DNA from: Acidobacteriota bacterium
Lineage (GTDB): Bacteria; Acidobacteriota; Polarisedimenticolia; J045
Assembly (NCBI GenBank): GCA_020350085.1
Contig: CP070706.1
Location: 3,865,620 to 3,900,399, forward strand
Reading direction: 5' to 3'
DNA length: 34,780 nucleotides
The notes under the pieces are model-generated. The model saw only the letters and a list, made by a program, of their open reading frames with translations. It made no database searches and was not told the DNA's origin. The first letter of the stretch is position 1; each line of letters starts with the position of its first letter. Both the position numbers and the translations under genes were made by a program. Of this stretch, positions 22,692-29,815 are shown piece by piece.

Positions 22692-25600
22692 TCAGAACGG
22701 CTCACCGATCGAAAGGAAGAACTCACCACCTGACTCGCCTTCCAGACGATCGAGCTTCCAACCGTAGCCGATGCGCAGAGCACCGACGGGCGTACGCCAG
22801 CGCAGGCTCAGACCGAGCGTCTCGCGCAGATCGTCGAGCGACAGCTGGTCGGCGTCCAGCCAAACATTGCCCCGATCGTGAAACAGCACCAGTTCGAAGT
22901 TCTCCCACAATCGCCGGCGGAGGTCCACGTTCAACAACAACAACCCCTCGCCACCCAGCGGCTCACCGCCCGGTCCATCTGTCGGCCCGAGCCGGTCTCG
23001 CTCGAAGCCGCGCAGAGTGTCGGCGCCGCCGGCGAACAGCCGCTCGGCGAGTGGCACCCGCCGCGTGTCGCGCCTCGGCGCGGCGGCGGCCACCCTCAGC
23101 GAGCCCCCCAACGTCCACCTCTCGCCCAGCCGACGGTAGCCCGCGAGCTGACCGCTCCAGCGCATAAAGTCGGCCTCCGAGGCCAGGGTGTCGGACCACC
23201 AGCCGAGCTCGCTAAGCCCCATCCAGCCCTGCGTCGGCAGAAAGATGTCGTCGCGACGATCGAGAATCCAAGATGCGCTGAGCGAGCCGAGCTGAATCGG
23301 ATCGAGCCGGCCGCGCTCGGTGAGCAGCACGTCTTCGAGCACCTCAGCACTGAGAGTGACGTCCTTGAAGCGGTTGTCGTCCAACTGGTATCGCAACTCC
23401 CACCGGCGAGACCGGTCTGTCCTGGTGGCGAGTTGGACCGCAATGCCCGGTGAGGTGACGGTGAAGCCGTCACGCGTCTCTTCCTCGATGCCGAGCGAAA
23501 GCAGTGCTTCATAACGCGCGCGCCGCACGTAAGGGTCCTCGAGCGTGATTCGAGCCCCTCGCCGACGATCGGAGACGAAACCCTGCAGTGCCCCCGTACG
23601 GCCCAGCCCGGCCAGGTTGTCGTGCGAGAGTGATGCGCTGACGCGGACTTTCTCCTCGGTGTCGTAGCCGAGCGAAGTCAACAGCGAGAGCGGGGAGATC
23701 TCCTCGAGCTGGATCATGACGATGTGGCGCTCAGGGTCGCTGACGAGCGGTTCGTGAACGATCTCGATTCCACGAAACAGTCCGAGCTGGAACAGCTCCC
23801 GTTCCGTCGCGCGCAACGCCCGCTGAGACAGCGGCTGTCCGGGCTCGATCTGAAGGCGACGGGCGACCAGCTTCTCGCGCGTGCGGGCCAGTCCCTCGAT
23901 CTGGATGCTCTCGATCATCGCCTTGGGGCCGGGCTGGACACCGAAGGTCACATCCACGACCGATTCGCGGATCTCCGGGCGGATCACGACCGCCGCCGTG
24001 TAGTAGCCTGCCTGGTCCAAGTCTGTCGCCAACCGCTGCAGAGCCCGCTCGAGATCTGCCGTCAGGAAGGCCGCCCCGGGAGTCAGCAACACCCTCTGCG
24101 TCGCGGGGCCGAGCTCCTCCGGCCAGTCGCCTTCGACGCGCACCTGGCCCAGATCGAATCTCCGGCCCTCCTCGATGACGAAGGTCAACACGACCGCCTC
24201 GCCGTCGCCCCGAAAACGCACGCGCGACGTCACGTCTGCCTCGAGATAGCCGCGCGACTCGTAAAGCGTGCGGATCGCGGCGAGATCCTCCCCGACCAGC
24301 TTCGGGCGGTAGAGGGTGCGTCCGCCCGGTGCCCAACCTGCCCGGGGACGCGACAGCACCTGCGCGCTGACGTCCTTGACCGGAAGCGCCTCAAGTCCCT
24401 CGAACGAGACCTCCTCGACGAACACTCGCGGCCCGGGATCGAGCGAGACGCTCAGGTGCCGTCGTGCGGGATCGGGTTGGCGGACTTCCACGAAGGCCGC
24501 TGCGTAGCCTTCGTCGGCCAGAGCATCCTCGAGCACGCGCTCGGCTTCACGAAGTCGTTCCGGGCGGAAATCGGTCGCGGCCCACAGGGCAGACAGCTGC
24601 TCGCGAGCACGGCGAACCGATCGCGGAGGCCCATCGAAGGCGATCTCCCAGCGAGGGCCCGGATCGACGCGCAGGCGGACGTTGGCCCCTTTGACCATCG
24701 TCTTCGTCTCGATCTCGATGTCGGCTTCGAGGAAGCCCTGCTCGGCCAGCGATTGGCGCAGGCTCTCGCTGGCCGCCAGCAGCCGCGCGCGGTGGGCTGG
24801 CTGACCCGACCCGAGTCCTAGTCGCCGTAGGCTCGGCGGGTCCAGATCTTGCGGCAGGCCCGTGATGCTCGCTTCGCGGATCGCGACGGACGAGCCGTCG
24901 TCGATCTCGGCGCCCATCGTTCGCCGCCGACCGAAACGGTTGAACCAGCGAAGATCGACGGCGACGGCGTCGGACTCACTGCCGAGCGCGAGTCGGAACG
25001 CGCGCCCGAGGTCTCGCTCGATGCGATACACGTCGCGGGCCTCGGCCGACAGGTCGCGCGAGTAGAGCACGGACGTGCGCTCGTCGATGCGGCTGCCGAC
25101 GGTCAGTCGCGCCGTCGGGCGTGATTCTGGTCCCACGACGGTCGGAGCGAGCTGCAGCGTCGTGATCCCGAACAGCCGTCGCACCGGCTCGGCGAGCAGC
25201 AGCTCACCGAGCTGGGTGCCGAAGTAGGCCGTCGCGAAGTCGGGCCGGAGCAGTCCTCCTCGGCCTCCCATCTCGTCGAGCGTCTGTCCCGTGATCAGCA
25301 GCGCAAGGATCTCCTCCTGGCTCAGCGCCGGGACGGACGCCAGCCGATAGTCGAGCGAACTGCTCGAGGCATCGAGATCGAGCTGAATGCGATAGCCGCG
25401 CAGCTCGGTGAAAGCCCGCAAGCGCAATCGCACCGGCTCGGCGTGCACGTCGTCGAGGATGACTTGCCCTGAGACGACCTCGTAGTCCTGCCCGCGAAAC
25501 GAGAGTCGTCCGCCCTGAGCCAGCACGATCGTGCCCGCGAGCAGCGGGCGACCCAGCGTGCCGCTGACGTCGAGTCTCAGCGACGATTCGAGCCGCGCCA

Positions 25601-28600
25601 GATCGTTGCGAATGGCGAGCGAATCGTCGGCCACGAGCCGAACGCGCACGCCGGTGCGGTAAAGCCACGAGGAGAGGCCATAGGAAGGATCGAGCAACCT
25701 CACGCGATCGCCGATCAGTCCACCGATACCGAACGGCTGCGTGTAGCGGCCCGCCAGCATCCGCAGCTCGCCGCTGATCTCGAGTCCAGACAGCGCGCCC
25801 TCGACCTTCAGATCGCCATCGTAACGTCCCCAGATGCCTTCCGGCTCGTTGAGCGCGACATCGCGAGCCGTTAGCGCGATGTCGACCCGCTGAGGCGTCC
25901 ATCCTTCCAAGCTGACTTTTCCAGAAGCATCGACTCGCCCGCCTCCGAGCCGGCAACGGGCTTCTTGAATCGTCACATCATGACCTTCGAGTCGCAGCCG
26001 CCCGGAGAGCCGGTCGAGCCCGTCGTCAAATGCCAGCGACCGCGCGAAGCCGTCGGACACGCGCAGCTCCCCACCAAACTGCGGATCGCTCGTGGTACCG
26101 CCGATCTCGAACTGGCCCTCGACTCGGCCGTCGATGATCAGCTCTGGAGCGAACGCTTCGAGCAGCCGAAGATCCCACGAGCCGTCGCCGACCAGCTGCA
26201 AAGTCCCGGCGCCGTCACCCGCGAGGCCGACGCCACCCGTGATGCGGAGCAGACTTCCGCGCTCGCCAGCGAGCTCGGCAGGCCGATCCCGCTCGATTTC
26301 GAGCAGGCCGTCGCGGGAGAGACGCAAGCCGACTGGGTCCCGCAAACCGGCAAAGAAGGTGGGACCCTCGATATCGAGGCGCATCAGGCTTCCCGAGCCG
26401 GTCCACTCTCTCGGAGCGCTCCATGCTCCTTCGAACGACAACCTGCCGTCGGTACGCAGCGACAGCGACAACGGCGAGCGTCGGCCCAAGATCTGCTCCG
26501 CCATCGGAACGAGCTCGAGATCCGACCAGCGCAGCTCGGCGGCCACTCGGCTCGCGCGGTCCACGAGCTGCCCGTGCAGCTTCATGGCCCCGGCGCGCGC
26601 CTCGAAGCTCCAGGCTCCATCCGCGGCCGGCCCAAACGTCGCGACGCCGTCCGGGACGGGCGCTCCGGCTGCGATGAGATCGCGCCACCGGATCTCACCG
26701 CGACTCGAGGCAAGCAGCTGCTCGGCCCACTCGGGGCGGTGCTCAGAAGACCATCCGGCGAGCGGCCCGCTCAGCGCCGCATGGAGCCGGACCGTCCCGC
26801 TGCCGAGCGCCACGGACCAAGCGAGCGGGAAGCGCTCGATGTGCGTACTCGCCGTCAGCATGCCGTCGATCGCGCCGGGTTCCGTCAACGAAGGCAGGCT
26901 GCCTCGACCCTCAAACTGTGCTTCGAGACCCGGCGCGCGCAGCAACACGAGCGGCACGCGGAAGTCCGATCCGCGCCACGACCCCACGCTGATCAGCTGT
27001 CCCGGCCAAGCGCCAACGTTTCCGCTGCCGTGCACGAGCCAGTGCCCGTGAAGACCCGTGAGTTGCTGCTCGAGATCGACCTGGGCATCGAGCTGGCCCA
27101 CGAGCTCTGTGGCGAGACCGTCGTCGGTGCCACTGAGCCAGTCCACGCCCGCGTGGCGCTCGGCTAATGCCCGCACCGCGGAGAGCGGAAACGCCTCGGC
27201 ACGCACGCTGACCCGCCATCCCGGCCCTTCCGAAGCTGCGGCGCGCAGAAGCAGGCCGCGCCCGTCATCCTGCGCGAGCCGGCCCGAAACGGAGTCGATG
27301 CGCCCGTGCCGAACTCGAGCCAGCACTTCGAACCGATCGAAGCGCAGACCGGCCACGTCCGGCGCGGCCAGCTGCGCTTCGATCGTGCCCTCGCGAAGCT
27401 GTCTGCCGCGCCCGCGCAGCACGGCGCTGGCCGACGCCGACTCGCCGCTCGGCAGACCGCTCGACAGCGGACCCCAAACCTCGCGAGCGAGCGCGGCAGC
27501 CTGATCGCGCCACTCGCCGAGCGCTTCCGCCGTTGGCGCCGTGAGCCTGACCTGGGCCGTCCACTCCGGCTCCGGCCACGCCCCTCGCGTTTCGACGCCG
27601 AGATCGATCGCGCTCGCGCCGCAGCGGCCCGTCAGCCGGAGCGAGCCGCTCGTGGCGCGGCCCTGCGCTGCGAGCTCACCGCGCAGGGGCACGCCGCCGA
27701 CAGCCGCCTCGTCCGGCGTCAGCCCCCCCGAGAGCGTCCAGTCCGTCAGTCCGGCCCCGCCGATGCCGCGCGCTTCGAGCCGTAGCGTCGCGCGCGCCGA
27801 GAGCAGGCCCGATGCGGCCGTGGACTCGAGACCCAAGGCGCCGATGAGATCGGAACCGCTCAATGAAGCCGCAAGGCGCGCGTTCCAGTCTCCTCGCTGC
27901 CAGTCGATGATCCCGTCATCGACCGTCCATCCGTTCCGACCGCGAGCTTTCAGCTCCGAGACCAGCACGCGTCCCGGCGAGAGCGTCATGCGTGCGTCGA
28001 TGCGATCGAGCGACAGACCCGACCATGACAACGAAGGCCCTCCATCGAAACGCGTTTCTACGAGCCATCGGTCGCCGTCCGCGTAGCGCAATCGGCCGTG
28101 CGCTCGCACCCGCCCACTCGGCTCTCCAGGAAGCAACCCACCCAGCTGCTCGGCTTCGAACTCGGCTTCCAGCTCTCCCGTGGCGACGAGTCCGGATGAC
28201 ACCAGACCGACGTTGAGGCTGCCACCGAACGTAACGTCAGCTCCGCGCGCATCGATCTCGTCGAACGCGAGCCTCGGCGGTGTCCAGTTCAGCCGCGCCG
28301 CGACGCGCTCGAAGCTCCACTCGGATACACCCCGCACGGCGAGCCACACGCGACCGGTTTGGAGCCCACCCCGGCTGGCCCCCCTCGCTGGCGCGGTCTG
28401 CACCTGCAGCTCATCGACGTCGAGATCGAATTCGAGCGATGTCTCGTGCAGTGCTATCCGCCCCTCTCGCACGCGCACGCGCGAAAGCCGTGAGAGAATC
28501 GAGAAATCGAACTCGCTGTCCTCGGACGATTCTTCCGCGGGGGACTCGAGCCGGAGCCCGAGTCTGTCGACCGCAACGGACCGCAATCGGAGCCGGCCTT

Positions 28601-28943
28601 GAACGAGATCGCGTGCGAACACGGCGGCCTGGGCGCGCTCGGCCCGCAGACTGCGGATCCAGCGATCGCCCCCCTCGATGGACAGCTGTTCGAGGACCAC
28701 CTCCCGCCGTAAGAACGAAACGTGAAGCGTTCCGAGCTTCGCCTCGCCTCCCGTGGCCTGCTCCAGGCGCTCGATCACGAGCGGATGCAACCACGCCGCC
28801 GCCGCGCGCCCCGCGTACACGTACGCTGCCACCCCGAGACCGATCACGACCAGCGCCGCGCCCATCAGCGCGGGCCGTGCACGGCGTGCCGGGCGACGCG
28901 AGGCCTCCTCTCTCGTGTGGCCGGGATCAGGCGGAATGCTCAT
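22692..28943 (-). CDS. Giant 2083-aa fusion protein: TamB/AsmA-like translocation-and-assembly module (aa 1-~1337) fused to an Omp85/TamA-BamA-like module (five POTRA-like repeats plus a 16-strand-sized beta-barrel)
   Basis: One uninterrupted ORF. N-terminus: basic stretch plus TM anchor (ALMGAALVVIGLGVAAYVYAG) and an AsmA/TamB-like beta-rich region. TamB C-terminal DUF490-type region: GQFEIGGTTSDPQFGGELRVSDG...LRGYRIQLDLDASSSSLDYRLASVPALSQEEILALLITGQT...RLTVGSRIDERTSVLYSRDL...VDLRWFNRF, ending at nt 24933. After a short linker come five ~80-aa POTRA-like repeats (each ending in a DPGPR/EEGRR/QPGPK-type turn). The Omp85 barrel (about nt 22695-23690) carries the L6 motif ADTLRGF and the terminal beta-signal FFLSIGEPF. 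Confidence 0.9.
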   Translation of the reverse strand: MSIPPDPGHTREEASRRPARRARPALMGAALVVIGLGVAAYVYAGRAAAAWLHPLVIERLEQATGGEAKLGTLHVSFLRREVVLEQLSIEGGDRWIRSLRAERAQAAVFARDLVQGRLRLRSVAVDRLGLRLESPAEESSEDSEFDFSILSRLSRVRVREGRIALHETSLEFDLDVDELQVQTAPARGASRGGLQTGRVWLAVRGVSEWSFERVAARLNWTPPRLAFDEIDARGADVTFGGSLNVGLVSSGLVATGELEAEFEAEQLGGLLPGEPSGRVRAHGRLRYADGDRWLVETRFDGGPSLSWSGLSLDRIDARMTLSPGRVLVSELKARGRNGWTVDDGIIDWQRGDWNARLAASLSGSDLIGALGLESTAASGLLSARATLRLEARGIGGAGLTDWTLSGGLTPDEAAVGGVPLRGELAAQGRATSGSLRLTGRCGASAIDLGVETRGAWPEPEWTAQVRLTAPTAEALGEWRDQAAALAREVWGPLSSGLPSGESASASAVLRGRGRQLREGTIEAQLAAPDVAGLRFDRFEVLARVRHGRIDSVSGRLAQDDGRGLLLRAAASEGPGWRVSVRAEAFPLSAVRALAERHAGVDWLSGTDDGLATELVGQLDAQVDLEQQLTGLHGHWLVHGSGNVGAWPGQLISVGSWRGSDFRVPLVLLRAPGLEAQFEGRGSLPSLTEPGAIDGMLTASTHIERFPLAWSVALGSGTVRLHAALSGPLAGWSSEHRPEWAEQLLASSRGEIRWRDLIAAGAPVPDGVATFGPAADGAWSFEARAGAMKLHGQLVDRASRVAAELRWSDLELVPMAEQILGRRSPLSLSLRTDGRLSFEGAWSAPREWTGSGSLMRLDIEGPTFFAGLRDPVGLRLSRDGLLEIERDRPAELAGERGSLLRITGGVGLAGDGAGTLQLVGDGSWDLRLLEAFAPELIIDGRVEGQFEIGGTTSDPQFGGELRVSDGFARSLAFDDGLDRLSGRLRLEGHDVTIQEARCRLGGGRVDASGKVSLEGWTPQRVDIALTARDVALNEPEGIWGRYDGDLKVEGALSGLEISGELRMLAGRYTQPFGIGGLIGDRVRLLDPSYGLSSWLYRTGVRVRLVADDSLAIRNDLARLESSLRLDVSGTLGRPLLAGTIVLAQGGRLSFRGQDYEVVSGQVILDDVHAEPVRLRLRAFTELRGYRIQLDLDASSSSLDYRLASVPALSQEEILALLITGQTLDEMGGRGGLLRPDFATAYFGTQLGELLLAEPVRRLFGITTLQLAPTVVGPESRPTARLTVGSRIDERTSVLYSRDLSAEARDVYRIERDLGRAFRLALGSESDAVAVDLRWFNRFGRRRTMGAEIDDGSSVAIREASITGLPQDLDPPSLRRLGLGSGQPAHRARLLAASESLRQSLAEQGFLEADIEIETKTMVKGANVRLRVDPGPRWEIAFDGPPRSVRRAREQLSALWAATDFRPERLREAERVLEDALADEGYAAAFVEVRQPDPARRHLSVSLDPGPRVFVEEVSFEGLEALPVKDVSAQVLSRPRAGWAPGGRTLYRPKLVGEDLAAIRTLYESRGYLEADVTSRVRFRGDGEAVVLTFVIEEGRRFDLGQVRVEGDWPEELGPATQRVLLTPGAAFLTADLERALQRLATDLDQAGYYTAAVVIRPEIRESVVDVTFGVQPGPKAMIESIQIEGLARTREKLVARRLQIEPGQPLSQRALRATERELFQLGLFRGIEIVHEPLVSDPERHIVMIQLEEISPLSLLTSLGYDTEEKVRVSASLSHDNLAGLGRTGALQGFVSDRRRGARITLEDPYVRRARYEALLSLGIEEETRDGFTVTSPGIAVQLATRTDRSRRWELRYQLDDNRFKDVTLSAEVLEDVLLTERGRLDPIQLGSLSASWILDRRDDIFLPTQGWMGLSELGWWSDTLASEADFMRWSGQLAGYRRLGERWTLGGSLRVAAAAPRRDTRRVPLAERLFAGGADTLRGFERDRLGPTDGPGGEPLGGEGLLLLNVDLRRRLWENFELVLFHDRGNVWLDADQLSLDDLRETLGLSLRWRTPVGALRIGYGWKLDRLEGESGGEFFLSIGEPF

Positions 28944-29043
28944 CGCCGGTCATGTTCGCATGAGCCGTCGCGCGGAGCGCACTTGCCGCGCTGCTCGTGG
29001 AATGCATCGGAACCGGGCGCGACCAGCGCCCGAAGACGCCAGG

Positions 29044-29580
29044 CTACTCTTCCTCGCTGGAATCCTTCTCGGCGAGGCGCGACGAACGAACCCCAGCCAC
29101 GTCCGCACCATCCGCGTCGTCGGAATCGTCCCCGTCATCCCCTGCGTCTGAAGAGGACCGCGCCGCACTCTCGCCGCTGTCGTCCTCGCCAGTTTCCTCC
29201 TGAGCGAGATCACGCAGCGCGTGCTCGGCCAGCTCTTCGCGCTCGGCGAGCTCCTGGCAACGTACGCACAAACTGGCCCAGGGGATCGCCTGCAGGCGTT
29301 TCATCCCGATCGTCTCGCCGCAGTTGATGCACTCGCCGTACTCACCCTGGCGCATGCGACCGAGTGCCTCCTCGACGCGGACGAGCTGGCGGCGCTCCAG
29401 ATCAGATAGTGAAAGCAGGAACTCGCGCGTGTAGTGCGTGACGGCGTCGTCGACGTAGTCCTCGCCGCCCTCCGAGACGGTGGCGCGGCCCTCGCCGGCC
29501 GTGCGCGCAGACTGTTCGAGGAGGCTTTCGCGGGCTGCCTCGAGCAGCTTGCGGAACTTGTCAAGCTCGCGTTTACGCAT
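29044..29580 (-). CDS. dksA: DksA/TraR-family C4 zinc-finger RNA-polymerase-binding protein with an extended acidic C-terminal tail
   Basis: Coiled-coil region with the tip motif DYVDDA (DxxDxA). Zinc finger CINC-x17-CVRC. These are followed by a tail of about 54 aa rich in Asp/Glu/Ser/Gly. Confidence 0.85.
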   Translation of the reverse strand: MRKRELDKFRKLLEAARESLLEQSARTAGEGRATVSEGGEDYVDDAVTHYTREFLLSLSDLERRQLVRVEEALGRMRQGEYGECINCGETIGMKRLQAIPWASLCVRCQELAEREELAEHALRDLAQEETGEDDSGESAARSSSDAGDDGDDSDDADGADVAGVRSSRLAEKDSSEEE

Positions 29581-29629
29581 CGGCTCTCCCGCGCACGCAG
29601 TGGCGCACGCCGGTGGTTGGGAACCGAAG

Positions 29630-29658
29630 AAGCTAACACCGCGTCAAGCACCCGTCAA
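29630..29658 (-). promoter_or_regulatory. Sigma70-like promoter candidate for the dksA-like gene
   Basis: The minus strand reads TTGACG (29658-29653), a 17-nt spacer containing a second TTGACG (29647-29642), then TAGCTT (29635-29630). It lies about 50 nt upstream of the ATG at 29580. Confidence 0.3.
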
Positions 29659-29815
29659 ACCACGACCGCGCGCATTCCGACGCGCGCACGCTAAGCTCAG
29701 ATCGTCCGCCTAACCCCGCCGCCGCAGCGCGGAATCGCGCGCCCGCGAGAGAGGGCTTCATGAAGCCTCCGGGCCGAGTCCGGCTCCCTGTCTCGCAGGC
29801 CGCGCTTTGCCCGCG

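Noticed and set aside
23724-27167. Plus-strand ORFs 23724..24821 (365 aa), 25965..27167 (400 aa), 26092..27051 (319 aa) and others inside the giant gene
   Set aside because: These are antisense or alternative-frame shadows of the 2083-aa ORF. That ORF's translation shows continuous TamB, POTRA and Omp85 features.
22692-28943. The idea that the giant ORF is two adjacent genes (tamB, then an omp85 gene) merged by an assembly or annotation error
   Set aside because: There is no stop codon in 6252 nt. There is no signal peptide or SD for a second protein at the junction. The gene order is also opposite to the canonical tamA-tamB operon. I could not fully exclude the idea without read-level data, so I kept it as a check under the main finding.
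29753-29772. Palindrome GGCTTCATGAAGCC downstream of ppdK, considered as an intrinsic terminator
   Set aside because: The stem is short (5-6 bp once a loop is allowed) and no U-tract follows on the minus strand. That is not enough to call a terminator.
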